Notes: generated from the sequence alone by a model not told the origin. 64,000 nt of DNA from Octopus vulgaris (GCA_951406725.2 OX597816.1:101928001-101992000); one strand, 5' to 3'. Shown: positions 49,654 to 63,370, counted from the stretch's first letter. Made by a program: numbers and translations.

Positions 49654-51849
49654 ATAGGCATGGATATGACTGCATGATTAAAATGTTAGCTTCAGACCTA
49701 TGTTTAGGGATTCAGTCTCACTGCGTGGATGTTGTTAGTTAGTGTCCTATACTATAGCTCTGAGTTGAGCAATACTGAGTGAAATTTGGTAGATGAAAAG
49801 TGGAAAAAATTTGTTGTATATATGATTGCTTGACTGAATGCATATTCTTTTTGTCTTGACATGCACACACTCACAGTAAACATCCCACTGTTCATACAAA
49901 CAGTGTAATTTGTTTGCAGTTAACTGTGTAAGTCTGACCATGCCTTTAGTTGTAAACTAAGTGTTACTGTTGATACAAACAGTAATAGTTTGTTTGTAGT
50001 CCTCAACAGAAGCATGTTCAAGCTGTTTGTTTTGTGACAGATTGGGGAAATTATTACCATGCTTGGAAACAGTGGGACAGTGGGTGTTGGTGTCAGGTAG
50101 AGCATCCTGCTATAAGAATTTTTTTATTATAATCATTATTTTACATTCATTTTCCCATGCTTGTATGGGTAGGGTGAAGCTTCTCCAAAAGTGTGTCACC
50201 ATCTATTTGGAGCCTTTGGCATTTCCTAAGGTCAGCCTTCACCACTTCTTTCATTTAGATTGCTTCAATAATTTGTCTTGCAAATATCTGTGTGTCACTG
50301 TTCATTACATATTCAACACATCAGTTTCCTGATGAGTTGTTTATTATCACATCCTATGGCCAACTCTATTATTTTAATCTACCCAATGCCTACTTCACCT
50401 ACCTATCACTGTTACCAATTCAGAAGAATTTTTACTTGTGTCCTTGAACTGTGGGGAGTTTGATTGCACACAGCACATATCAATTCTTATATTCAGCACA
50501 TTTCAACTCACCTGTACTCTATCTCAATAGTCTCTCAGAAAATACATTCCTTCATGCCAATGTAGATGCTGGCAAACCTGAAGTTTAGAACCCAACAGGA
50601 AGAGCTAAGTTTCCAGTGGTGGATGGATTGTTTCAGGATCACTTTCTACATCTAAGAGGAAGGGAGTTGGTATAATCATTTGATAATGATTGAGGGGTTC
50701 TCATACATAGCCAGATGTTCTCACTTGATCATTCATTTTCAATCATCTACTGTGTGCAATACAACTATGATAAGTGTCAATTCTGCATATATATTTTTCA
50801 TTGTGTTTGTAATGATTTATGGGTTGAGTGCCCTTCCTATTACCAACTATTTTACAGAATAAACTGAGTGCATTTTATTGCACCAAGATTAAAATGTCCC
50901 CTTTACATTTTGCTAGTTTTTATTTAAGTTACTTCTCTCTTAACTTTCAGAATCCCTGTCTTCTCTATGCACACTTATTTAGAGCAATTGCTCTCTTTGA
51001 TGGGTTGTCTTCTTTATGACTAAAGAATCACATTTCAAGGCACTCTATGACTGCACAGGCAATCATGTAGACACTCCTGATATTACATTCTGTCCAGGAA
51101 GTTGGAGTAATTGAGGTAATAGCAATTGAGGTATTTGTCAAGATAAGGCTTTAGAGGAATAACTGAAGTTTTGGGGGCTATGATACATGTTAATATATGG
51201 GTAGGAGAAGTGTAAGACCACTACTGCGCTACTGAGCAGATGTGATTGTTAGACAGAACAATGTTCCAACTTCATTAGATAAATAAATAATTAATATCTT
51301 GAGGGATCCCACCAAGAAGTAAAGAAAGAAAGAAAATTCTATAGAAAGAGAGGAAGAGAGAGTGTAAATACATAATTATTGTCTTAATTTAACTTAATTC
51401 TATGTCTCTAATGTTGGTTGACCATAAATATCTGTGATTATGGCCAATTACCACAATGAATATCATCAATAGTAACAAGCAAAACAGGTGATCTACCATG
51501 TGTCTCTCATACAATGGGAGCCCTCATTAAAATAATAATAATAGCCCAGCTATGGAAAATGAAGAAGGTGAGAATAGTGCCAAATGTTGGGTCTTTGGGG
51601 ACAGTATCAGAAGGTATCAGGAGGAATTTATTAGATAGCTGAAAAAAATGGATAGCATGGTACCGTAGGCTGCAGGTAGCAAGCCCACTACACATCTTAG
51701 ACTCCAGGAGTTTCAACAAAATCTGTGATACAGAATAATAATAATAATAATAGCTTATCTTCTGTATAGTTCCATGCTCCAACTTGTTTCACAATCATTT
51801 CCAGTCTGTCTTTTGGCTTTTATGGCTCTATCTGCTGTGCATTTACAAC

Positions 51850-54200
51850 ACCAAGTCGCTTTCAATTTAGAAGGCTGGCAATTCCAGTATATACAGGGGT
51901 ATAGGTATTATGAGGAATGACAAAGCGTACTCTTGAAGTTTTGTGATAATAATAACCAGACCATTTGCAACACTAATTTCAAGAAACCAAACCAATCACC
52001 CACCAATCAAGAAAACACACAAGTCAGATAGACATTGTATTCACCAAATGGGATAGGCAGATGGCTGTGTGTACTAAGTCTTTCACTGATGGAGAATATA
52101 CCACTCAACAAAGACTAGTGATTGGTAACTCCAGAGAAAGAACTAGACTGACACAAAGACACAAGGCAACCTGGAGAAAGAAGACATGGAAGCTGAAAAA
52201 ATTCTTGACTAAAACATAAGTTCAGAGACATGTGACAATCAGGACATAAAGGCCAGATCTGTGGTTAGAACATGTTTCCAACTAAATTGAAAGTAGCTTG
52301 GTGTTGGAAATGCACAGTAGACAGAGCCATAAAAGCCAAGAGAGAGACCTAAACAAATTGGGAAATAAGCTGGAGCATGGAACTATACAGGGGATAAGTT
52401 AGAATCAACATACATATCTTGGAGGGAACCTGAAAGTAAGACATCTGCCAATGTTCTGCAGTGAGAGGCTCAGGGGTGTGGAGCATTCCTTGTTGCAAAG
52501 CTGTGAGTCAATATGGATCAAGATATCATTGAAGTAAAAAGTGTATGGAATTACCGTAGCACATTTATCCACACATACTCTAAGAAGAACATAGCTTGTT
52601 TGTGTTATGACAAAAGGTTAGTAAATGAGAAAAAAAAACCTAACAAAGAGATCAGCCAGTGAAGCTGACAGATATACAATTGAAGATAAGGAAATGAAGT
52701 TCAGAAAGCAGCTGGACCATCAGTTATATCTGACAAAATAGGGCACATTAGTCACTTATATAGTTAATCAGGTAGGATAGGTACATTTCAGATTCAATGA
52801 CTGGTGCAAGAGTATTATTATCATCTGCAATAATGGCAGATTAAAAAATAACAAAAGAGTTAAATCATAATTAATTAGGAAAGAAATTAGATGAGAAGCA
52901 GTTCAGGTTTGTGCTAGGAGAGAATACCACCAATGCTCCCTTTCAAGTGACACAACTGGAGAAGTTTGTAACTCAGATTAAGCCATTACACCTAGCATTC
53001 ATCAACGTGAAAGCCTTTGATAGGATATTATATCTTGTAGTTCGTTGGCTGATGAGAAAATTAGGTAAATGAATAGCGCTGTTAGCAGCAAGGTGAGAAT
53101 TGGTAATAATTTCAACAAGGAATTTGGTCTGCAAGCTGGTGTTCTTCAAGACTTGATTCTCAACTTTCATCTATTTATTATAGTTCTCCAAGTCATGACA
53201 CAGAGTTTAAAACTCTGTAAGACTCCTGTATATCAATGACTGGATCACATAATTGAATATGCCACTAATTTAGAAAAAAAAATATATGTGGAATCCAAGC
53301 TTCAATTCAAGAAGTGTCAAAGTACACCTAACAGAGACAAAAAGAAAAAAGGCAGAAACTTAGTGCAATCTGGAAAGTGGGCATGCTCAATAAGTAGAAA
53401 AGGAGAATGTACAAATTTCATGTGTTGTATCCAATGAAAAGTACAGGTGCATAAACGATGAACTGGGATCACAGGCAGGTTTATGGTGAATGAAGTCATA
53501 ATATGCACCAAATGCATAAGTGTAGTTAATAGTAAGAACATCTATGAAATAAATTCTTTCTAATTGGTGTAAATAGTAAATAACATAGATGGATTGAAGG
53601 AGAGGATGAATAGATGGAAGGAATGTATGAAGGTAAATATCAGAAAGAAGACAATGGTGGAAAGTTGTAAAACATGCAGTGAAGTGGATAGAACAGGAAA
53701 GTGGTCATGTGCAGTCTGCAGAAGGGGTGTTGAAGTAAACTTCATTAACTGTACAATACAACTGGGTGAATTGATCAAAACTATAGTGATATAAGAAGGC
53801 CATGTCTAATGTTGTGAAGAGAAACAAATTGAGATAACTGGATCATGTACTGAGGAAGGATGAAAGTGACTAAAAGAGAGAAGGAAACAAGTGTAGAAGT
53901 AATGAAAAAGGAAAACCAAGAACAACATGGTAAAAGATGATGATGAGGAAATGAGGCTGGTCAGAAGGGATGCAGAGGACAGGACAAAATGAAGAAGACT
54001 CTCATGAAGCCTTCAAGGTTAACTAACTGTTTTAGCAGGGAAAATGACATCAAAATGATGATTGCTGATGTTGATTAGAGAGATCCATAGAAGTAGTTGG
54101 TAGTTTCTCTTACCTAGGGTGTTATAAAAAGACAGTAGAAAGTGGGATGCTCTGAAAGCCCAGCAACCAAAATAAAGACAAACTGGAAAAAGTTTAGGAT
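51850..54200 (+). mobile_element. Heavily decayed RTE LINE(s): APE end, RT and Cys-rich insert
   Basis: ICNTNFKKP and SQIDI (endonuclease end), EKQFRFVLGENTTNA and KAFDR (RT), and two GKW.C..(C)R.G Cys-rich motifs (~53370, ~53700), implying at least two copies. Confidence 0.7.
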
Positions 54201-55319
54201 GCTATTATTTCTACAACACTGTTTCACAAAGTCAGATCAATGCAAGGATTTGTTGAGGCAGATATTCTATGACTAAAAGCCCTCCTTGTTGCCAACCTTT
54301 ACATGTTCCTATGTAAGTAATATTTCACCAAACTGGACGTCATTCACTTACAACAATCATGTGATGTTAAGACAACACACACACACACACATTTACATAT
54401 ACATACACAACAGGTTCCAATTGGTTTCTGCCTACAAAATCCACTCATATGGATTTGGTCAGCTTGGGACTATAGTAGAAGATACTTGCCCAAGGTACGA
54501 CACAGTGGGAATGAACCAAGTGGTCGAAAAGCAACTTTCTTAACAACACAGCTACACCTATGCTTGTGTATGTAAATACACATACTAGCATTATCATTTT
54601 AACATTCACTTTTTCATGCTTACATGGGTCGTGCAGTTATTTTTTGAGGCAGATTTTCTACAGCCAGATGGCCTTATCTATTTTCAAGCAAAGTAATATT
54701 TACCCATTAGCAGAATACTGGAAATGAATGGCATTCATTTACAGCAATCACATGATGTGCAGACAAGGAGACACAAACACGCAACAGGCTTCTTTCAGTT
54801 TCCTTGCACCAAATCTAATCACAAAGCAGTGCAGTAGGACTGAACCCAAAACCCTGTGGTTAGGAAGCAAACTTCTTAACCACTCAACCACACCTGCATC
54901 TACCTTACACACATATACTTTGGCAAAATTCCTAAAACACAGATATTAGGATATTTCTGTGCAGACAATAACATAATACACTGAAAACACCATTACTGTA
55001 TGCAATGCCATGGTGGGTACACATGTAAACAGGGTTAGAAATGAGGATGTAGAAGAAATTCTAAACTGCTTTGAGAACTATTAGTCTGCTTAGTAGAATA
55101 TAATAAAATGTACCAGTCAGTGGGTGTTAGAAACTATCAAAAAAGAACTAACTGGTGTGTTGCTTGCTGCCAACTCAAGATTACATCATTTGTTTATTAT
55201 ATAACACCTAAATACGTAACTAAACCAGGTACAAGCCAATGAAGGAAACTAGACAAATCACCCTTAAGTCACATTCTTACAATCTCACAAATGGAAGGCC
55301 ACATTAGATATGGGATTGT

Positions 55320-55815
55320 TGGGGAAATGAAGGTAAAACTATAGTTTGGTGCCCCACCTCGACTCTATAAAATGCATAGTTTCTTGAAATTTTTGCAGAA
55401 ATACGTTTTCGAGGGTGTAGATTACGATTATTGCTGATAACATTACAAAATAATAATAATAATAAATAAAAGTAAAAGAGAAATTTCTGATAATTCTCCC
55501 CTCTCCCATAAATGACATTTTGCAAAAATACGTTTTCGGGAGTGTAGATTACATAATGTTGATTTTTTTCCCAACCAAATAAGAAAAACAATAAAAAGTG
55601 CTACAGTTACAGAAATTGGTGGAAACAGTGAGGGGATAATAATCCAAAACTCGTTCAATTTTCTTTTTTCTTTCAAATATTATCATTCTCACACACTCAA
55701 GAAAACGTTATCTCTAAAAATTTCGTGAAAAACATGTATTTTTCAAAAAGTTATGGGGGAAAAAAAGATGGGAGTTGAGAGAGGGAAATACCACACTAGT
55801 TATATTAAAAGGGAA
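55320..55815. mobile_element. Probable TIR/foldback non-autonomous DNA element with subterminal repeats
   Basis: Direct repeats ttttgca.aaatacgttttcg..gtgtagattac (~55391-55425, ~55518-55552) and an inverted copy (~55690-55724). Imperfect terminal inverted match aactatagtttggtg / taccacactagtt. Confidence 0.45.
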
Positions 55816-58800
55816 CCCCTTCGATTATACAAGTTTTGTCGAACAGGGGCCAGCTTTCGGTTAAACAACAATGTGGTCTACTTTTGCAGCTAGGTCAGCC
55901 CCTAAATAATTTTATTTTCACGATAGGAACAAGTTATGAAGCTATGTAGTGTCATTCACATAGTTTTATAATATACACATAATTTCACTGCTGTCTGTTG
56001 TCCTGTCGGAGTACCATCTTTTAGAATATAAAAATAAGTTGAGTTGGATCGGATTTGAACTCAAACTCTTAAAAGGATGTAACTAAATACAAACTATTTT
56101 TGTTCGACGTTCTATCGATTCTGTCACCAATTCATATAACCTAGTTTATGTACATACAACATTGACACTTACATCCAAGTGTCTGGAATGATGCTTCTAT
56201 ACATTCGTTCAATCTATGATATTTAGAGTGACTATAGGAATGTCAAATCAATAATGGATACTAAAAAAAACTCTCATTTCTGATAAGTAAGCATGAAAGA
56301 AGAGATAGAGAGATTAAAACGAAACAATATAGGTATGAATTATCTCAGTAGACTCAACACACAAGCAAATAATTCCATATCAACAAACTGAAACATATAT
56401 GATATTCACATACACAAAATAAACCAAAGATTCAGTACAGTTTTCTTACACAACTACAGATTTGATTTACATCAATACTACGTTCTGGTGTTTGATTTTT
56501 GTTTTCTTCAGAAAAAGCAAGGAAGATAGGAAACAAAATCCAAATTCCATCTCTCAAATATTCTACACGACGTAGAAGACATTTATCCAAACAGAATAAG
56601 ACGCAGTAAAATATACCGAAACAATATTAAAGAGGGGGGGGGGGGGCTATCGAAGAACCAAACCATCGTTTTGTATGGTGTGTGTATATATATATATATA
56701 TATATACATACATACACACACACAGAGCAATGTGTTCCATCAAGGACACGATTTTATGTTATTAATATGCAAACGTTGAATTAGCTAAACAGCATATCTT
56801 GGTTCCATTCACATCTTGGATATATTATATAGAATATAAATCAAGCCTTTATTTTATCGATAGTATTCGAACTCAGAACTAAAGCGAATATCGTAAAATG
56901 TTGTCCGATTTCCTAACGATTCTACAAAACTACCTACCACTTAACCATTGTTTTCTGATATAGGCGCTAAGCCCTCGGATTCAAGGGATGGGTATCGTCG
57001 AATGTGTTGACCTTAGTACTTCGTTGGTACTTTTAACACTGGCACAGTTTTACCTTAAGATTTGATGGGTAATTTATGTTATCTGCTCTGATAGAAATTG
57101 AACATAGAATGTAATCTAGTAATTTTCAACACTTTCGCTATCCTTTACTCCCCCAGCTTCGTGTATTTTGTCATTTACCTTCTCGCTCCCATACAGAAAT
57201 ATATAGTAAATAGTACATATATCAAGCAACAAAATTTGTTACACTTTCGTTATAATCCCTCTGTCGCTATCTAAAGGTATGTTTGACTCCTTTTAGCATA
57301 CAAAAGATTGATTTGTTCGAGGGACTTATTTGTTTCGTATGTTTAGCTTTTTTTTCTACGGTCTAATTCAGATACCGCCAAGGCCGGTTTCACCTTTCAC
57401 CTTTTCAGGGCTGAACAAATTAATAGCCTTTCATGAATCTAATTGTGGCCCAGTATTATTACAAATGGAAATAAGCTTGCTTAGAGAATAATCGTTTTGT
57501 TGATATAACAAATAATATACTTTACTTTCTTTGGGGTTTATTAAACCATATCATATTTATTAGGATAAATTATATGTTTAATATCACAACAGCTTCACGC
57601 CATTGTCAATGTCACATCTATCTTTGCAATGTCTTTCCCTGCGAGGCGAGTCAGCCACCCAGCAGTTAATTCTATTTCACTTGCCTTGTTAATGCTTTAA
57701 AAGCCTCCTTGTGTCAATTCGTTTCTTATAAATAAATCTAAGGTATCATCTTGATATCATTACATATTCTACCCGTAGCTGTTATTAATATCACAACCAA
57801 TGATAGGAGATATCACACATCTCTCCAATATCGTTTCGAATGAACAGATGCACGTTCACGATACATCAAATAAACAAAATATTGTGATACCAAATTCTTT
57901 CTGAAGAGGATTAGCAACAAAAATAAAGAGGCTATCACAAAACATACAACTAGATTTGTAGAAAAAATTTTTTTTAGAAACACACATACACACACATCGA
58001 GAATTTCCTAGAGAGATACAACAATACAAATGAAGAATTATAGAAAGGGATGGACTGAAAAATTTACAATAAATCGTAAAAATGAACAGGCGACGTCAAT
58101 TTTTTGCACATGATCTGCGTTTGACAATAGAAAGGATAATTCTATTAAGTAACTGGGTGGTTAGAAGAAATGGGAAGAAAGAGAGCAAAGCAAAGACAGA
58201 AACAAGTCATATCTTGGAGAGAACTTTTGTGTAGGATCTGCAGAAGGGAGTAAGATAGAGCGAAAATAACAGTAACCGGTAAGCGCGCGCGCACTTTCTA
58301 TCTATCAATCAACCGCAAAGATATACATATATATATTGTGAAATCTCATGTTCGCACACTATGTTAAGATAAGGTTATAATTTAAAGCGAGTTTAATTAC
58401 AGACAATGGAACATTTAATTTACGGATGTTGCAGTGACTCTATACTGAAAGTAGAGTAAAATTTATTTTGAATATCAAGTTGACTGAGATTTCACATTAT
58501 ATATATGTGTGTGTGGAAAATAGGGATGAAAACATCTAAACTTTCATTGACAATTGTATATCTCCATTTTCCATTCATGTAATATACATACACACACACA
58601 CACACAGATAACATGCATTAATGTAGACAAGTACAGCGCGCGCGCACAATGTATGTATTACACACACAGAGATGTAATTTTTATACGCTGGATCTGGAAG
58701 ACGCAGTGCTGATGGTCTTCGCAAGCACTCCAAAACCGGCAAGATTATTTCTGCTCATGGTCCGCGTAAACAGTTGAAACAGCCAGAAGAAATAAAAAAC

Positions 58801-59639
58801 ATAAACAGAGAAGAAATCCCAGATGGTTGACAATATGAGAATATGGTCTAGACGTAGTGGTTAGTACGGATTTGAGGGGGGACACACCCAACATGGTTGA
58901 AGGAGGGGGGAAGAGACCAATGAGTCGGGAGTGTCTGAATTGAAGTGACACAAGATCAAACCAGCTCCGAAGAACACAAACCATAATTACTGTAGCTGCA
59001 AAAAAAGAAGAGGAGACGGCACGTTTAGGAGTTTAGACACGTTTGTGAATGATTGTATGCTAATAAACGGGTAGTTTTCCCTTAGATGTAGCTCTAGCTA
59101 CACTAAGGATGCTTTCGCCAAGGAGATCTTATGATCGTGGGACCTAACATTTAGAGTCACCATATGCGCGCACACATACATTATGTGTGTGTAGGTGCTA
59201 TGAATATGTATCGATATCTTCATAAGGATTTTTCTCGTATAACAAATGTTTCTTTGGTAGGAAAGCTGAATTGAGTGTTTTCAATACGGGAATTCAAACG
59301 ATGCTGCTATATTTATTCGTGCATGATGCGAAAAATCTAATTCAAAAAATATTTAGAGTCACCAAAATATCAGGGTCATTGTGCTCGTGTTTTTAGCTAC
59401 AAAAATCGGAATCGCATTATATTCGAGATTGTATTGTTATAGAAAAAAAAAACGGTAAGTGGAACGAAGATAAATAATAACCGTCTTTTTGCTAGGCACT
59501 GTGCCTCTAGGAGCACATCATACAATTCGTTGAGGTAATTTTGCTATTTCTAAATGTTTGAAGGGACTAGAAGCCTCTGTCCTTGGCTTGTATACATTAG
59601 CCGAGTCAAAATAAAAGATAACCCATATGCCAACGAAGG

Positions 59640-59820
59640 AAACTGGATTGATGGAAAACAGCAACCATATCTTCAAATCACATCCTAGAGTCTTTAAAAG
59701 ATAAAGAACACATTGGACAATTTAGTTTCTCAAATATGAAAAAGACGAGGTGATCACGATTAGAACGTCTTTGATAATAGATCTACTCAATCAGGGATGA
59801 CCTGGGGTTTTACAACAACA
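59640..59820. repeat. Unclassified ~180 bp interspersed repeat family
   Basis: Shared pattern aaa.agc..c.aaat...c.tcaaatca.a.cctac..tctt...ctttga..atag.tc..ct..atcagggctgacctgggg..aaacaac at ~14800-14935, 32230-32400, 40790-40930 (reverse), 59640-59820, 62475-62770 (reverse) and 63375-63565. Confidence 0.55.
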
Positions 59821-60363
59821 TAACTCTAAAGTTGATTCAAAGTTAAGAGACTGAAAGATAATCTAAGAGAGACAGTGAGAGTTGTATTTATGCCTGTGTA
59901 TGTACATACACACACATGTGTATATAAGCATGGCAAAATTTAAGAGAGATGCTGAAGTGTGAAAAGACATCAAGCAATACAAGTATATATGTGTGAGTTA
60001 ATAAATCGTATTCATTAGTGAAGGATGGAAGAGTCATACATGAAAGAATCAAAAGTTAAAAACACCAAATCTGTTGATCTTGAAGAGAAACAACACCATA
60101 GGAAAAAGTTTGCGAAAAGTCGGCTAAGATTTTAAATAAGAATTATAATTATAAAAGACTGCGATTTGTAGATCGCCAGTGTAAACGGAAGAACTAAAAT
60201 GTCAATAAAATAAAAACAACTGGACTTTAAATAGTAGTAGAGAGGAAAAGGAAGCGAGAAGAGGAACTGATGAAAATTTCTCAGAAATGCAAAGATTTGG
60301 GTATTTTCAAACCCCAAAACAAACTGTAACGGATTCTATTATAATCGAAGGATTAGAACCTAC

Positions 60364-60374
60364 CTGACTTCCAT
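60364..60374 (-). CDS. CDK5RAP2: Probable start-codon exon (Met-Glu-Val-Ser...) of the CDK5RAP2-like gene
   Basis: Strong Kozak context accATGG, then ATG GAA GTC AG|GTAGGT donor. Phase 2 matches the phase-2 start of exon 9565-9641 (AG+T = Ser), giving MEVSENQSDKMREGEC. It lies next to promoter-like motifs. Intervening exons cannot be excluded. Confidence 0.6.
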
Positions 60375-60499
60375 GGTAAATCAGTGCTTATGTGAACAAT
60401 CTAAATAATTAAAAATTTGGTCGGGGTATCTGTAGGACCCCCTTCGAATAAATCACTTATGTAGCGCATCATTGCTACCAAGTTGTAACGGACACTTTC

Positions 60500-60600
60500 C
60501 AAATTTCCGCCATTACTTACGGGGTTAGTTTTAATTATGAGAGAGGGAGGGAGGAAGGTTGCACATGCGCAGTCGGCGTAAAACGACTTTCGGTTATCTT
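60500..60600 (-). promoter_or_regulatory. Putative housekeeping-type promoter of the CDK5RAP2-like gene
   Basis: CpG-retaining segment with an NRF1-like TGCACATGCGCA (60560-60571), a YY1-like AATGGCGG on the minus strand (60507-60514) and a GA-rich tract, about 130-200 bp upstream of the candidate ATG. Confidence 0.5.
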
Positions 60601-61523
60601 TTCCCTCTCTCTATGTTTCTTACTATTTCTTTTGTTTACTCCCTCGCTCTCTTCGCTGTCCCCTCTCCGTCTCTGTCTGTCTCTCTCTCTTTCTGTTCAG
60701 CATCCAACCAATTCCTTTCACATAAACACCATTTCTCTCCATCAGTTACTCATGTATTTCTTCACCAACCTTTGTTCACCCTCCTCTTGTCTACATTTTT
60801 GTTGGCACAAGTTTTCTTTCTCTTTTGATTCCTAAATTAATCACTCTCTCTTTCTCTTTAATTTACTTTGCACTTTCTTCATAGCTTCTCTTACTCTCAA
60901 CTTCAGCCTACTTCATTTAATACACACACACGTCTCATCAATTTATAAAAAAAATATTCCTTAGTTTCACGCCATTCTGTATGATTTAACCAGATCTTTC
61001 TCGTTCTCTTTTCCTCTCACTTTTATCTAATTAAGTTATATCGACGCTCTTCTTCCCCTCCGTCTGCTTGAATTAACTATTTCTTCACAATCTATCTTTC
61101 TACTTGTGTCTGTTCATCCACGTTCACAAAAGTCTTAGAAATAATCTCAACACCTTATTATTTAATTTAACTTCTAAATTTCCCCCCTTACTTTCTGTCT
61201 CTGTTTTCTCCTATTTTCTTTTATAAAAAAAGAGAGGCTTTTTAACCAAAGATGACACAGATGAAAATAAAGAAAAACATAACAAAACATTTATTTCAAT
61301 TTTTACCGTCTAAATCCAGACTTGTATTTTCGACTAATCTTCGTGCCGTTCCTTACTCTCTGATTTCACCATTCCACGTTTCTTTAAATAAAAAAAAATA
61401 TTGATATTCAAAACTTTTTTTTATTTTGTTCGAGTAATTTTTTAAATATACATATCATTTTCCAATACTTCGTTGACATTTAAAATTCAGCGTAATCGTA
61501 TTAATAAACAATTGTAAATGTAA

Positions 61524-61545
61524 GTCTCTCTCTCTCTCTCTCTCC

Positions 61546-61579
<34 letters not shown>

Positions 61580-61715
61580 GTGTGTGTATATGAATATATG
61601 TGTATATATATATATGTGTGTGTGTGTGTGTATGTATATATATATATATATACACACACGTGTGTGTGTGTATAGACAGACAGGCAGACATAGGTAGATA
61701 GATAGAGAGAGAGAT
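61524..61715. repeat. Compound (CT)/(AT)/(GT)/(GACA)/(GATA)/(GA) microsatellite
   Basis: Directly visible low-complexity block. Confidence 0.9.
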
Positions 61716-62507
61716 AATGTGAGAGCGTGTTCAAAACAATCCCGTATTCTAGTTTCATTTTCAAGTTCTTTTTATTCTTTTCATAATTCCTCGCTGGCAT
61801 GTGTTGTTATCTCAAGAAAGTTTAGAAACGTTAATGTTCGAAACAATCAGTAAGAAACACGAAGTGTGTGTGACAAAGAGAGAGAGAAAGGGTTATGTGT
61901 GTATGACCAATGTCATATTAATTTTTTTTAGATGGATGATTGAAGGAGGTTTGTCAAACTTAAAGTTTTTTTAATGGCATTTCTTGAAAGAAGAGAAAAA
62001 AAAGACGAATATTTCAAGCTAATTCAAAACAGTTTTATCATAACCTGTCAATCACATGCTGTTAACCTCCACATTGACAAGCCAAACAGCTGCGACCTTA
62101 ATTCTGACTTCTTGATGCAGAGTTCAAATGTCAAAAGGAATTTGGCATTTCATTCTTTAAACAGGTGCTAATGAATGACCACAAATCTACATATTACCAG
62201 CTATTCCTAGAAATTGTGGTGCCTAAACTAAGAATGAGGACATAAACACTGAGAATAAACTTATCTAATCTTTACTGAAAAAGTGCATGTCCAGAAATTT
62301 GTTGCTCCCTTGTACTATTTGTTGATGATATTTCCATCTCGGGTTATTCTGCCATGATTGACTTTGTTTTTCATCCTTTTAAGATCAATAAAATAAGTAC
62401 CAGTGGTCGATGTAATTGACTGTTACCCTCCCCACAAAATTTCAGACCTTGTACCTATAGTGGAAAGGATATTTTAGCTACAGGTCAGCCCTGATTGAAC
62501 AAACTAA

Positions 62508-62728
62508 CCCTTTAGCATTTAAACCGGCCATATCCGGCCAAAAGTATTCTACCTGTTTTATGTTCAAACTGACCAGATCTGGTCTCTCACACCAACCCTA
62601 CAATATCATCTTAAAAATTAACAGCTACCTCATCAAAATCTCATAGCTACAAGGTAATGCATGATTAATTCAAAACAATATGGATGAAAAGGCATTAATT
62701 TTGGCAGAATAATGCGAACACTAAAGGG
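62508..62728 (+). mobile_element. piggyBac-type MITE family A with CTAA target-site duplication
   Basis: CTAA (62504-62507)-ccctttagcattt...cgaacactaaaggg-CTAA (62729-62732). Splits an older interspersed repeat. Confidence 0.8.
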
Positions 62729-63193
62729 CTAATGATCAAAACTATTTCAGCAGTGACCATTCTCTGATATCTTGAATGTACAAAAGGAACGCATGCCCAC
62801 CACTATTATATTTAGAGCACCATGTAGATTATCATATTCTAGTCTGCTTCCAGTATAGTGGTCAAGTAACTCTTATACTAAATAGTATTATTAGTTATGA
62901 AATACAGTGCAAATGTAGAAATTACTAGTTCTCTGTAACTTAATGCAATAAAGTGTACCCTGATTATCTGTTCTGGTTACGCATCCAATACGCAGTTTCA
63001 AACTGTTATAATGGTGAAACATATGTAGGAACTAATAATATAGACTTGTGTTCATCTTAATTTCTCATATATATGTAGAGAGTCTGTGTTTTCCAAACTG
63101 GAGGCGATCACATTTCTCCACAGGAATGATGTTCTAACAAGCATTAATGAACGTGATGATCTTACATGTGATGAATGTGGAATTGGCAACCAT

Positions 63194-63370
63194 CATGCAT
63201 GCATGCATGTATGTATGTATGTATGTATGTATGTATGTATGTATGTACGTATGTACATATGTACGTATGTATGTATGTACGTACGTATGTATGTATGAAT
63301 GTATGTATGTATGTATGTATGAATGTATGTATGTATGTATGTATGTATGTATATGTAGAGAGAGAGAGAG
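63194..63370. repeat. (ATGT)n tetranucleotide microsatellite with (AG)n end
   Basis: Directly visible. Explains the overlapping MYVC/HTYI spurious ORFs. Confidence 0.95.

Noticed and set aside
58690-58830. Protein-like open frame GSGRRSADGLRKHSKTGKIISAHGPRKQLKQPEEIKNINREEIPDG on +
   Set aside because: No recognisable homology, start codon or convincing splice sites; cannot be supported.
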